Source: Pedosphaera sp. (GTDB taxonomy: Bacteria; Verrucomicrobiota; Verrucomicrobiia; Limisphaerales; F1-12-MAGs170). Taken from it: 53,475 nt of DNA. The translations under genes and the position numbers were made by a program. Shown piece after piece: positions 1 to 10,241 of the stretch; the first letter of the stretch is position 1, and every line of letters starts with the position of its first letter. The stretch is from contig SIBF01000004.1 of the NCBI GenBank assembly GCA_009695275.1, positions 1 through 53,475 on the forward strand, written 5' to 3'. A model generated the notes under the pieces. The model searched no databases and was not told the DNA's origin. It saw nothing but the letters and a program-made list of their open reading frames with translations.

Positions 1-602
1 CCAAGGTCAGGAAAAAGGAGTGGGTCGTTTGAACAGTCTGTCATGCTCGAAATGAAAGCCAGTGCAGTGCCAATCCCTTTGATAAACCTAGCGCAATTGC
101 ACTTTTCTCTCTCCGTTTTCCGCCAGGCTATGATCGATCCGGGCTAGAGACAAGAAATCCGCAGAAAGTGCCGATGAACTCATAGTCGAAACCCAGGGTA
201 ACGCTAGAGCCGCCACCGATTGGCAAGTCTCAAGATGCAAACAACCACTGACGACTGAACTCATCGGACTTTCTGTGGACGAACTACGCACCGACCCGCT
301 TTAAGCAATGTGCGTACCACCAGAGCTTCGGAATTGCGCGCCGCTGAAGTTGTTCTTATGCAATGCAAAGAGAGGCTCACTCCATTCCAAGCAACTCAAC
401 GAGTTTTCAGATTGTAAGAGATACCGACACTTATCGATTGCGGATCAGAAGCTCGAGTTGCCGCAAATGTTGCATTGGCCATGGCTCTTTAGATGCCTTT
501 CGGGGTGGAAAGCATGGTTTGATTCAACACTTTGCTGAGTGCTGAACACCTCGGACACCTTTCTTTTGTCGTCCCATGCAGAGCGAACGAATCCGGGACC
601 AC

Positions 603-2879
603 TCACTCTCTCGTGATCGTCTCGTCGAGATTCAACAACACGCGCGCGACCGTCAGCCATGCCATTGCTCCGTTCGCTTCAGTCTTCTCCTCTTCCGAAA
701 GCAATTGAGCCAGACGCTCGCGCTCGGCCGGAGTGGGCTTGCGCGCCACGCAACATTGAAAGGCGAATTCGATCCTGGCCGCATTATCGCCACCGCGCGC
801 TTGAATCCGCGAGGCCAGACCTTGCGCGAGTTCGACGAACTGCTGGTCGTTCAACAGCGTGAGCGCCTGGAGCGGAGTGTTACTGCGCAGACGCCGGGTG
901 CAGGTGACGTAAGTGTCGGCTGAATCGAACACGGCGAGTGCGGGATGAAGCGTCGTTCGTTGTAGGTGCGTGTAGAGGGCCCGGCGATAGCGGTCGCCGC
1001 CGGTGCTGGGTTTCCATTCGCGCTTGTTCTGAGTGAAGGCATCAATGCCCAGGGGCTGCGGCGGAAAAACGGGCGGACCACCGAGGCGCGGATCCAGGAG
1101 TCCGCTGGCAACAAGGTGGACGTCGCGGATCAATTCAGCGTCGAGACGGAGCCGGTTCTGTCGTGTGAGAAGTTTATTGGAAGAGTCGGCCATTGCCAGT
1201 TCCGGGCGGGATTTGGAAGATTGGCGGTACGTTGTGCTTGTCACGATCAGCCGATGCATCGCCTTCAAACTCCAGCCTCTGGAAACGAACTCGGTCGCAA
1301 GCCAGTCGAGCAACTCAGGATGCGATGGGGGCGTGCCCATGCGTCCGAAATCATTTTCGGTTTCGACCAGGCCCTTGCCAAAATAGACCTGCCACACGCG
1401 GTTCATGATCACGCGTGCTGTGAGTGGATTGTTTTGAGAAACTAACCATTGAGCGAGATCGAGACGGGTGGGCGCGCGGCCTTCAGGCGGCTTCGATCCG
1501 GTCTCGGAACGGGGACCAGTAGAAGCACCCGCGTCCTTCTGCGATTCAGCCTGAAGCGGGCTGCCTCCCCCGCTCCGAAACTCACCGAGCACCACTGGCG
1601 TTCCAGCTTCGACCTTGTCAATCAGGCGCGTGAAATCGCCCTTGACCATCACATGTGTCTCGCGCCGTTTGGAATGTTCTTTCATCACGAGGGCCGTCGG
1701 AACCTTGGGACGTTGCTTCCGCAATTCATCGATCCCTTTGCGCCGCTCTCGGTGGTCTGCGTCTTGATCGCGGAATGCGTTGAATGCGGTCGCAATCTGA
1801 AACTCGTTCCTATCCTTCGCCGGCGCGGCAATGGCGGCGAGCACCTCGGGTTTCAATTTCTTTTTTGCTTCGTCGTCCAGCGCACTTTCCCACGCGGCTT
1901 GCCGGGGCTTGAGTTCCTTTTCGAGCCAGTCGTTGAGTTCCTTTTCGCGGGCTTTCAACTCTTCGCGGTGTTTGGCGAGCGCAGCAAGCTCTTCGGGCGT
2001 GCCCAGATCAAGCGTGTTCTCCGCTTCGAGCGCCGGGCTGCCGTGACCATCGTTCTCCTGTTGATTGAAGAAGGCGAAGAAGCGGTAGTAATCCTTTTGA
2101 GTGAAAGGATCGTACTTGTGATCGTGGCACTGGGCGCAACCGAGTGTGATGCCCAGCCAGACCGTCGCCGTGGTGTTGACGCGATCCATGGCGGATTCGA
2201 TGCGGAACTGCTCGGTGTCGATGCCGCCCTCGTGGTTCACCTGCGTGTTCCGATGGAAACCGGTGGCGACGATGGGATCTGAAGTTTGCGGTTTTGCATC
2301 AGGAGATTCAGATGTGGGCAACAGGTCGCCAGCAAGCTGCCAGATGGTGAACTGATCGAAAGGAAGGTCGGAATTGAGCGCGCGAACAACCCAATCGCGG
2401 TAGGGCCACATGCTGCGCAAGCTGTCTATGCTGTATCCATTCGAATCAGCGTAGCGCGCGGCGTCGAGCCACCAGCGGCCCCACCTCTCCCCGTAATGCG
2501 GCGATCCAAGCAACCGCTCAACAAGACGTTCGTATGCATCCGGCGCGGTGTCCTTCAGGAATAAGTCCACTTCTTCAGGTGAAGGCGGCAAACCCTTCAG
2601 ATCCAGGCAGACACGGCGGAGCAGAGTGAATCGATCCGCTTCTGGCGCTGGAGCAAGGCCGTCGCGTTGCAAGCGTGCATGAATGAAAGCATCAATCGGA
2701 TGACGCGCCGCGCCGGAGCCGGGCCGTGATTCGGGAACCACAGGCTGGACGGGTTTCTGAAACGCCCAGTGGTTGGGCTGGCCGGCGCCAAATTTTTCCA
2801 CCGCAGCATTTGTCACTTCCTGGAGCAACACTGCGATGAGGAGGAAAGTCCACGTCAGGTTCATTTGGATGGTCCTCAT
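603..2879 (-). CDS. DUF1549/DUF1553 (PSCyt2/PSD1) domain protein, secreted
   Basis: Track ORF is 603..2939. Likely start is ATG 2879 (or 2864), giving the signal-like N-terminus MNLTWTFLLIAVLL. CxxCH-type motif CAQCHDHKYDP. Same architecture as the two paralogs at 10242 and 39739. Confidence 0.85.
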   Translation of the reverse strand: MRTIQMNLTWTFLLIAVLLQEVTNAAVEKFGAGQPNHWAFQKPVQPVVPESRPGSGAARHPIDAFIHARLQRDGLAPAPEADRFTLLRRVCLDLKGLPPSPEEVDLFLKDTAPDAYERLVERLLGSPHYGERWGRWWLDAARYADSNGYSIDSLRSMWPYRDWVVRALNSDLPFDQFTIWQLAGDLLPTSESPDAKPQTSDPIVATGFHRNTQVNHEGGIDTEQFRIESAMDRVNTTATVWLGITLGCAQCHDHKYDPFTQKDYYRFFAFFNQQENDGHGSPALEAENTLDLGTPEELAALAKHREELKAREKELNDWLEKELKPRQAAWESALDDEAKKKLKPEVLAAIAAPAKDRNEFQIATAFNAFRDQDADHRERRKGIDELRKQRPKVPTALVMKEHSKRRETHVMVKGDFTRLIDKVEAGTPVVLGEFRSGGGSPLQAESQKDAGASTGPRSETGSKPPEGRAPTRLDLAQWLVSQNNPLTARVIMNRVWQVYFGKGLVETENDFGRMGTPPSHPELLDWLATEFVSRGWSLKAMHRLIVTSTTYRQSSKSRPELAMADSSNKLLTRQNRLRLDAELIRDVHLVASGLLDPRLGGPPVFPPQPLGIDAFTQNKREWKPSTGGDRYRRALYTHLQRTTLHPALAVFDSADTYVTCTRRLRSNTPLQALTLLNDQQFVELAQGLASRIQARGGDNAARIEFAFQCCVARKPTPAERERLAQLLSEEEKTEANGAMAWLTVARVLLNLDETITRE

Positions 2880-3072
2880 GTTAGCACGGCGGAAATTGAA
2901 ACAACAGCGGAATGTCGGAACTTGCAGAGGGGCAAACACTCCACAGCCTTTTTTCCTTGAGGATCAAATGAACGAAGCTTCGGCATATCGAACCACAGTG
3001 TGAGAATCATGTCGGCAACCGTTTTGAGTTCTGCTGCTTTCTTTCAGCGCGATGGGTCCAACATTTTGAAGT

Positions 3073-4569
3073 TCAAACTTCACCGAACTTCCTGCGCAAG
3101 TAATCCAGGTGATACCTCGCCTGCGTAGCCTCGCCAGTTGCCGAGTGCATGAGCTGCGGTGGTTCGAAGCGTTGTCCGTGCTGGTGGACTTTGTTCCGGA
3201 GCCAGCCAAGGAGGCTTGAGTAGTCGCCGTTACCGAGTTGACTCTGAAGGTCCGGGAGGTTGGCGCTGGCACAGTGGAAGAGCTGGGAGGCGTTCAAATT
3301 GCCGAGCGTATAGGTCGGGAAGTAGCCGAAGTTTCCAAAGCTCCAGTGGATGTCCTGCAAACAACCGAGTGCGTCATTCGGCACCTTGAGCCCCATCAGT
3401 TTCTCGAACTCTTCATTCCAGACGTGCGGGACGTCCGCAACTTTGAGGGCGCCTTCAATCAAGCGTGTTTCAATCTCGAAGCGCAGGATGATATGGAGGT
3501 CGTAGGTCACTTCATCCGCTTCGACACGAATGAAAGAAGGTTCAACCCGGTTGACAGCAGCGTGCATCGCCTCGGGAGTGAACCTGGTCAATGAAGGAAA
3601 GTGTTTCGCGGCTCGCGGGAGCCAGTGTTCCCAAAAGGTGCGACTTCGGCCGACGTGGTTTTCCCAGAGGCGCGATTGTGATTCGTGAATGCCGAGCGAG
3701 GCGGCAGATCCGAGCGGCGTGCCGTGGGCCTCACGGCGAATGCCCTGCTCATACATTCCATGTCCCGCCTCGTGGAGGACGCCGTAGAGGGATTCAGTAA
3801 AGTCGGCTTCGTTGTAACGGGTCGTCAGCCGGCAATCGCCGGGACTGATGCCCGAGCAAAAGGGATGGGCCGTGGTGTCGATTCTTCCAGCCTTGAAGTC
3901 GAAGCCGAGTGCTTCGGCCACTTCACGATTGAAGGCTTGTTGAGCGGCGATGAGGTACTGGCCTCGAAGCATATCCGCAGGCAATCGGGCGCTGCGCTCG
4001 CCTGCGATCCGTCCGAGTTCCGCGATGACCGGGCGAAGTTCGCTGAAGAGTTTCTTCAATGCCGCGGCGCGGGCACCGGGTTCATAGGATTCGAGCAACG
4101 CGTCGTAACGGCTTTGTTCGTAACCCCAGCAATCCGCCATCCGGAGGCTCAGTTGCAGAAGTTTTTCGAGATGGGGTTGAAAGATGGGAAACTCGGACTT
4201 CTGTCGTGCCTCAATCCAGGCTTCGCGAGCAAAAGACTGCGCGCGTTGCAGCTCTTCGACGAGTTCAGCGGGCACTTTGGTTTTGCGGTCATAGGCACGG
4301 CGCCATTCACGGACGTTCGCCGCCTCATCAGAGTCGGGTGTGAATCCGTGATCTTCGCAGGCCTTGATCCAATCACCCACTTCCGGCTTCGTGAAAAGGC
4401 GGTGGGTCCATCCACCGAGATGCGCCAGTTGTTCCGCGCGGAACGGCAGGCACTCCGGTGGCATGCAGGTCTCCTGATCCCAGCTCAGGAGCTGGCAGGC
4501 GCTGTCGATAAGACCTATCTCGCGACTTCGGTGAAGGAGGTTTGAATAGGGTTGGGAGGGTTCGGTCAT
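3073..4569 (-). CDS. M32 family carboxypeptidase (carboxypeptidase Taq-like metallopeptidase)
   Basis: HEAGHGMYEQG (HExxH) followed by IHESQSRLWEN, plus an LLSWDQETCMP N-terminal motif typical of M32. Start ATG 4569 avoids overlap with the helicase stop; the track start is 4599. Confidence 0.9.
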   Translation of the reverse strand: MTEPSQPYSNLLHRSREIGLIDSACQLLSWDQETCMPPECLPFRAEQLAHLGGWTHRLFTKPEVGDWIKACEDHGFTPDSDEAANVREWRRAYDRKTKVPAELVEELQRAQSFAREAWIEARQKSEFPIFQPHLEKLLQLSLRMADCWGYEQSRYDALLESYEPGARAAALKKLFSELRPVIAELGRIAGERSARLPADMLRGQYLIAAQQAFNREVAEALGFDFKAGRIDTTAHPFCSGISPGDCRLTTRYNEADFTESLYGVLHEAGHGMYEQGIRREAHGTPLGSAASLGIHESQSRLWENHVGRSRTFWEHWLPRAAKHFPSLTRFTPEAMHAAVNRVEPSFIRVEADEVTYDLHIILRFEIETRLIEGALKVADVPHVWNEEFEKLMGLKVPNDALGCLQDIHWSFGNFGYFPTYTLGNLNASQLFHCASANLPDLQSQLGNGDYSSLLGWLRNKVHQHGQRFEPPQLMHSATGEATQARYHLDYLRRKFGEV

Positions 4570-4577
4570 GGTTGCTT

Positions 4578-6731
4578 TCAATAGCTTCGCAGGTTCCATT
4601 CGTTGAGCAGCTCGGTCGGGAGCTCGCGGAGGAAGCGGGAGGGTTGTTGCATCATGTCACCACCGTAACCCGCTGAGGCACGAATCAGCGGATAGCTCAG
4701 GTAAAGTTCATTCTTCGCCCGTGTCACCGCGACGTAGAACAGCCGCCGTTCCTCCTCTTCGTTTTCGATCCGCTCCAACGAACGCGCAGAGGGAAACATT
4801 CCGTCGCACAGCATGATGAGGAATACGACGGAGAACTCGAGCCCCTTCGCCTGGTGAATCGTCGAGAGCTTGAGTTCTTCGTCATCTTTATTCTTCGGAC
4901 GTTCATCATCGGCTTCGATGTTCGAAAGAAGGGCAAGTTGCGTGAGGAATTCTCCGGCGGTTTTGAATTGCCGCGCAAAGGTCGCGAGTTGATCCAGATC
5001 TTCAAGGCGATTGCGGTAATTGGGAAAGTTCTCCTTGAGGTAATCCTCGTAGTTGGCTTCAACAGCGAGACGAATCACCTCGGCTGCGTTGGAGAAGACT
5101 GGCTCGGAGTCGAGTTGCGCCATGGTGATCGCGAACTGCGCCCACGCGACCGCGGTTTTCTTGCCCACGGCCGAAGAACAACCTTGCAGCGCGGTGCCGA
5201 GAATCGGGCGATGGGGCGGAGGCACTCCTTCCACCGAAGAGGGACGGGCCGGACTCGCCGCTTCAACTTTTGTCAGCTCGCCCAGAAATCTATGCCAGAG
5301 TTTATCCGCGCCCTTGCCGCCGACGCCCGGCAAAAGTCGGACGAGACGTTTGAACGAAAGTTCGTCGCGAGGGTTGTTGACCAGTTTGAGGTAGGCCGCC
5401 ACGTCCTTGACGTGGGCTTGCTCGAAGAACCGGATGCCGCTCGTGATGCTGAAGGGAATGTTGCGGCGGGTAAGTTCCAACTGAAGTTCGAGCGCGTGAA
5501 AGTGAGAGCGATAGAGGACCGCCATGTCGTTCAGACTGGCTCCCTCGTCGCGGAGTTCGAGCGCTCGTTGAGCGACGAAGGCAGCCTGCTCCGCTGCATC
5601 ACCGCAGACAACGAGCGCCGGAACCGGCCCTGTCTTGCGCGCGGGAACGAGCAGCTTGGCGAACTGTTGAACATTGGGCGCGATGGCGGCGTTGGCGAGC
5701 GAGAGGATCTCCGGCGTGCTGCGGTAATTCGTCTCGATCTTATAGACCTTCGCGGTCGGGTAGCGCTTTGGAAACTCAAAGATGTTTTGAAAGTTGGCGC
5801 CGCGCCACGAGTAGATGCTTTGCGAGTCGTCGCCGACAACCATGACGTTATGATGCCGCGCGCCAAGCAGATCAATGATGTCGCTCTGGAGTTTGTTGGT
5901 GTCCTGATACTCATCAACGAGGATGAATTGGAAGCGACGCTGGTAAAGTTCCAGCACGTCAGGAAAATCGTTGAGGAGCTTGAGCCAAAATACAAGAAGG
6001 TCATCGAAGTCCATCACGTTGGTCGATTGCTTTCGCTTTCGGTACTGTGCGTCGATCTGAATGATTTGTTCTGCGATCGGCTGGAAGCTCGAGTAATCCC
6101 CGGCGAGAATTTGCGGGATTGTCCGTTGCGTGTTCACCGCCATTGAAAAGACATCGTTCAACACTTCGGCCTTCGGAAATCGCGTCGCCTTCACATCAAT
6201 CCCGGCGTCATCCATGCAAGCTTTCAAAAGATCCTTGCTGTCCTCTCGATCCAGAATTGTGAAATCGGGCTTGTAACCGAGCTGGTCCGCGTGACGACGG
6301 AGGATTCGGTTGCCGATCGAGTGGAATGTTCCACCCCAGAGCGCCGTGATGTCGTTCCCCAGAATGTCCGTTATTCGTCGCATCATCTCCTTGGCCGCCT
6401 TGTTGGTGAACGTCAGGAGAAGAATACGTTCCGGGGGAATGCCCTGTTCCAGCAGATAGGCAACCCGGTAGGTGAGAGTGCGGGTCTTGCCGGAGCCGGC
6501 GCCGGCGATGACAAGCGATGGCCCCGGAAGAGCGGTGACGGCGGCGTGCTGTTGTGCGTTCAGCTCGCGGGCGTAATCGATTTGCAATTCGACCGGCGCG
6601 CTGAACGGTTGCAGCACATAATCACGAGACATGCCGTTGAAGTTACCGGCACGCGGGGAGAAGGGAAAAGATGAAAAGGCAACTCGATCAGTAATTTCTG
6701 GAGAACTCCGCCATTGACGCTCCGTGATCAT
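4578..6731 (-). CDS. UvrD/PcrA/Rep-type ATP-dependent DNA helicase (SF1)
   Basis: Walker A AGAGSGKTRTLTYRVAYL, DEYQDTN motif II, TNYRSTPEIL and TIHQAKGLEF motifs. Alternative start at ATG 6632 (MSRDYVLQ). Confidence 0.9.
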   Translation of the reverse strand: MITERQWRSSPEITDRVAFSSFPFSPRAGNFNGMSRDYVLQPFSAPVELQIDYARELNAQQHAAVTALPGPSLVIAGAGSGKTRTLTYRVAYLLEQGIPPERILLLTFTNKAAKEMMRRITDILGNDITALWGGTFHSIGNRILRRHADQLGYKPDFTILDREDSKDLLKACMDDAGIDVKATRFPKAEVLNDVFSMAVNTQRTIPQILAGDYSSFQPIAEQIIQIDAQYRKRKQSTNVMDFDDLLVFWLKLLNDFPDVLELYQRRFQFILVDEYQDTNKLQSDIIDLLGARHHNVMVVGDDSQSIYSWRGANFQNIFEFPKRYPTAKVYKIETNYRSTPEILSLANAAIAPNVQQFAKLLVPARKTGPVPALVVCGDAAEQAAFVAQRALELRDEGASLNDMAVLYRSHFHALELQLELTRRNIPFSITSGIRFFEQAHVKDVAAYLKLVNNPRDELSFKRLVRLLPGVGGKGADKLWHRFLGELTKVEAASPARPSSVEGVPPPHRPILGTALQGCSSAVGKKTAVAWAQFAITMAQLDSEPVFSNAAEVIRLAVEANYEDYLKENFPNYRNRLEDLDQLATFARQFKTAGEFLTQLALLSNIEADDERPKNKDDEELKLSTIHQAKGLEFSVVFLIMLCDGMFPSARSLERIENEEEERRLFYVAVTRAKNELYLSYPLIRASAGYGGDMMQQPSRFLRELPTELLNEWNLRSY

Positions 6732-6928
6732 TCGGCTTAAGTTCCGCGACGTGATCGTCAGCAGCCATCGATTTACCGGCCTGTTCGTGAACTGGTGCTA
6801 TTACTTTAGCTCCCGTCTCCTGCGCGCCGGGCTTGTCTGACCAAAACAATCTGACCCGTGCCGCAGGTGAACCGCCTGCGGCATTTTTTGTTGAGCGCAG
6901 CGCGATTCAAGTAAACCAGAAAAAAGTT

Positions 6929-7942
6929 ATGATCGTAGTTCTCAAACCCAAAATTAGCGCGAAGGAAGAAAAAGCTGTGCTCTCGGAAATCAAAAAACTC
7001 GGGTACAAACCGCACGTCATGCGGGGCGTCGAACGCACGGTGGTCGGTGCCATCGGAGACGAGCGGAAGCACAAGTCTCTCGAAACCCTGACCACATGGT
7101 CCCAGGTCGAGCAGGTCATGCCGGTCCAGAAGCGTTACAAACTCGTCAGCCGCGAGGCGCATAAGGCTAATTCCACCATCAACGTCCGGGGGAATATCGT
7201 GGGCGGGAAGAAATTCCAGGTCATGGCCGGCCCTTGCTCGGTTGAAAGCGAGCAGCAACTTCTGAAGACAGCTCACGCCGTCAAGAAAGCGGGCGCCACA
7301 ATTCTGCGCGGGGGAGCCTTCAAGCCACGCACTTCGCCCTACGAATTCCAGGGCCTCGGCCTCAAGGGACTCAAGTTGCTCGCCAAAGCCAGGAAAGAAA
7401 CGGGCCTCCCGGTCATCACGGAGCTGCTTTCCGAAGACCACGCCGAACTCGTCGCCGAGTACGCGGACATCCTCCAAATCGGCGCCCGCAATGCGCAGAA
7501 CTTTCAATTGCTCATCGCCGCTGCGAAGACAGGCAAGCCAGTGCTGCTCAAGCGCGGCCTCTCGATGAAAATCGAGGAATGGCTGCTCGCCGGCGAATAC
7601 ATCCTCGCCAATGAGAATCCCAACTTGTTCTTCTGCGAGCGCGGCATCCGCACATTCGAGACTTACACTCGCAACACTCTCGATCTCTCGACGATCCCGA
7701 TCATAAAGAAAGAATCCCATTGCCCGATCGTGATCGATCCGAGCCAGGGTGCTGGCCGTGCTGATCTCGTGGTCGCCATGTGCAAGGGCGCCGTTGCAAT
7801 GGGAGCTGACGCACTGCTGATCGAGGTTCATCCGAATCCAGCGGAAGCCTGGAGTGACGGAGCACAGCAGGTGACGCTGGAAGGCTTCGCCAAACTCATG
7901 GAAGAGCTCCAGCCATTCATCACAGCAGCGGGGAGAGAATAG
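6929..7942 (+). CDS. aroF: 3-deoxy-7-phosphoheptulonate (DAHP) synthase, type I-beta, with N-terminal ferredoxin-like regulatory domain
   Basis: MIVVLKPK N-terminus, then GPCSVES, GGAFKPRTSPYEFQGLG, IGARNAQNF and CERGIRTF. From memory it aligns along its whole length with Thermotoga-type DAHPS. The track start 6833 is a TTG; ATG 6929 is preferred. Confidence 0.9.
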   Translation: MIVVLKPKISAKEEKAVLSEIKKLGYKPHVMRGVERTVVGAIGDERKHKSLETLTTWSQVEQVMPVQKRYKLVSREAHKANSTINVRGNIVGGKKFQVMAGPCSVESEQQLLKTAHAVKKAGATILRGGAFKPRTSPYEFQGLGLKGLKLLAKARKETGLPVITELLSEDHAELVAEYADILQIGARNAQNFQLLIAAAKTGKPVLLKRGLSMKIEEWLLAGEYILANENPNLFFCERGIRTFETYTRNTLDLSTIPIIKKESHCPIVIDPSQGAGRADLVVAMCKGAVAMGADALLIEVHPNPAEAWSDGAQQVTLEGFAKLMEELQPFITAAGRE

Positions 7943-8293
7943 ACAGGCGTGAGCCGTGACGGTATTTGACTTCAATCTGGAACGTAGAACTTTTCAGAGC
8001 AGTTGGAATGCAGGCCCGGACGAGACTCGCCGACAATTTGTGAATGGCGTGCCTGGGCTCTCCTTCTGAAGTGTCGAGGTTATGCGATGCGAGGAACTCC
8101 CTCTTGCCGCCTGCACGAAGCAAGCTCACCTGCGATCCGGGCATCCTTGCCGGCGGATTCCGATCCCATGCTCAGGCAAGATCCAAGCCTGTGCTGCCAT
8201 ACGAGTTCGGAGGCAATGCCGGGATACACCTGAGTTCAGCCCACGACATGAATGCGTCTTGCGTGCGAACGATGACCAATTAGCCTTCGACGC

Positions 8294-9091
8294 ATGAAAT
8301 CCTTTCTTGCCTGCAACCGGTTGCGCTCAATTTTTCCAACACTTGTTTGTTTGCTCGTGTGCCTGTGGATCAGTGTCGGCAGGCTACCGGGCGCGGATTC
8401 GCCGGTGAATCCCGGCCACCAGCCACAACCCAGGCGGATCGTTGTTCCAAAGTTCAAAAGCAAAATCACCATTGATGGAAATCTCGATGAACGCGTCTGG
8501 AGCAGAGCAGCGGTGCTCAAGCCTTTTGTTCCGAACGATGGTTCCGGAGCGGAGCGGGAAGGCACCGAGGTCCGGCTGTGGTATGACGATCGTGCTCTTT
8601 ATATCGGCTGGATTTGCACCGACCGCGATATTCAGGCCACGTTCACCGCGCGCGACAGCAAGTTTTGGGAGGAGGAAGTGGCCGAGTTTTTCATCACAGC
8701 GGGCGGCCTCGACAAGTATTTCGAGCTGCAATGGAACCCTCTCGGCGGCGTGTTCGACGCCATCATTACCAACGAACTCGACACGCTGGGAGTCTCAAAG
8801 AAATTCACTGGCGACTGGAATTTCACGGCGAAGGGAATGAAGAGCGCAGTGCAGGTGAAAGGCACCGTCGGCAACTCATCCGACATCGACAAATACTGGC
8901 GAGTGGAGGTGATGCTCCCTTTCGCGGATCTGAATCAATCCACGCCGAAGCGCGGTGACGTGTGGCGGGCCAATTTTTACCGGTTTAATCGTGGCAAGGA
9001 TCAGGCCGCCGAATTATTGAGCTGGTCGCCGACGCTGCTGCCGGGTTTCCACCAGCCCAGCCGGTTTGGGTACATCCAGTTCGGAAAGTAA
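8294..9091 (+). CDS. Secreted carbohydrate-binding family 9 (CBM9/DOMON-like) domain protein
   Basis: Signal peptide MKSFLACNRLRSIFPTLVCLLVCLW. ITIDGNLDERVW, WYDDRALYIGW, WEEEVAEFFI and YFELQWNPLGG resemble the CBM9-like family. Confidence 0.6.
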   Translation: MKSFLACNRLRSIFPTLVCLLVCLWISVGRLPGADSPVNPGHQPQPRRIVVPKFKSKITIDGNLDERVWSRAAVLKPFVPNDGSGAEREGTEVRLWYDDRALYIGWICTDRDIQATFTARDSKFWEEEVAEFFITAGGLDKYFELQWNPLGGVFDAIITNELDTLGVSKKFTGDWNFTAKGMKSAVQVKGTVGNSSDIDKYWRVEVMLPFADLNQSTPKRGDVWRANFYRFNRGKDQAAELLSWSPTLLPGFHQPSRFGYIQFGK

Positions 9092-9174
9092 TCCACTCCT
9101 GACAGTCCACGGAGCATGCCTGAACACGCCTGAAAGGTTTCAAGTGCATGGTTTTCCCGGTGGCTTGCTGATCC

Positions 9175-10110
9175 TCACTTCGCTCGTAGAGGACGGACAA
9201 TTTCCACCGTGCAATGCGCTCGGGCCGAGACCGCCGAGGCGAGCGTTCCCAGGAAGTGTCGATCGCCGTGGTGCAATCCCCGCGCTCCGAGAAACAAGCA
9301 ATCAGCGTTCATCTGCTCGATTTTCTTCAGCAGAACGTGCTTCGGGTCACCCTCGAAAACGTGCGATTCAGCGGGCCAGCCCGCAGCCGAGAGCCGCGCA
9401 GTAAACTTCTTCGCCATGTCGCAGACCCAGTCATCTGAATCACGGAAATGGTCGCTGACCCACTGATCCGCGTCCGGGCTGGGCCAGGCGCCGGCGGCTT
9501 GCAAGCGCGGATCTTTTATGGCTGCCACCATGAACTGAGTGTGGGCGGACCACGCCCGGGACGCAGCCTCCTCGACCGCAATTGCGCTGTCGGTGGATCC
9601 ATCCACCGCCACCATGATCCGCAGCGGCTTGATCACCGCATCTTTTCTGGCCCTCACAACACGGACGCTGCAGGCGGCTTCCGCCACGACACGCTGGCCC
9701 ACGCTTCCAAGAAAGAACCGCTCAAGCACCGATCGTCCATGTGACCCGACGCTGACCAGATCAGCATTCCAATCGACGGCTTTTCCAACAATCGCCCAGC
9801 CCGGTGAATCCGCGCAGATGAAGGGCCTGACAGTCCATGTGGGAAACCTGGCTTGCAACCGCACGCATGCTTCGTCAGCAATTTGACGCATGGACTCGAC
9901 CGCGGTGTTCGCTTGCGCGCGAGCCGCCTTGATGGCGGGAGTTAATGGGATTTTGTCCGCCGGATTACCAGCCTTATCCGATGGCAGCCAAACGTCCGCC
10001 ACGCTGATGACACAGACTTCCAATCGTGCCGGTAATCCCGCCACTGGCAGGTCTTCGAGCACGGATTCGGCACCCGGGGAACCATCATAAGCAATCAAGA
10101 GTCGTTTCAT
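9175..10110 (-). CDS. Universal stress protein, tandem UspA domains
   Basis: Two Usp-like halves: MKRLLIAYDGSPGAE...GSHGRSVLERFFLGSVGQRVV and RIMVAVDGSTDS...GARGLHHGDRHFLGTLASAVS. Confidence 0.8.
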   Translation of the reverse strand: MKRLLIAYDGSPGAESVLEDLPVAGLPARLEVCVISVADVWLPSDKAGNPADKIPLTPAIKAARAQANTAVESMRQIADEACVRLQARFPTWTVRPFICADSPGWAIVGKAVDWNADLVSVGSHGRSVLERFFLGSVGQRVVAEAACSVRVVRARKDAVIKPLRIMVAVDGSTDSAIAVEEAASRAWSAHTQFMVAAIKDPRLQAAGAWPSPDADQWVSDHFRDSDDWVCDMAKKFTARLSAAGWPAESHVFEGDPKHVLLKKIEQMNADCLFLGARGLHHGDRHFLGTLASAVSARAHCTVEIVRPLRAK

Positions 10111-10241
10111 GGTAGATGATTGATCGGTTCACGTTACGCAAACTCAACTCCACTTGCAATTCCATGGGCGTCTCTTGTTGGGCTCATCCGCAGAGATTGA
10201 TTGCCTATCCTGGCGTCTGATCAGTAACTTCGTGCCATCGC

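Noticed and set aside
1-310. tmRNA-like reading of ...gacgaactacgcaccgacccgctttaa
   Set aside because: There is no tRNA-like 5'/3' end (GGGG...; T-arm GGTTCGA; CCA). The putative tag does not end in the usual ALAA-type sequence.
7943-8293. 350-bp intergenic region after aroF as a possible ncRNA (6S, RNase P)
   Set aside because: I could not recognise any conserved ncRNA motif or a convincing extended structure by eye. Only overlapping short ORFs are present. A cmscan run is needed to say more.
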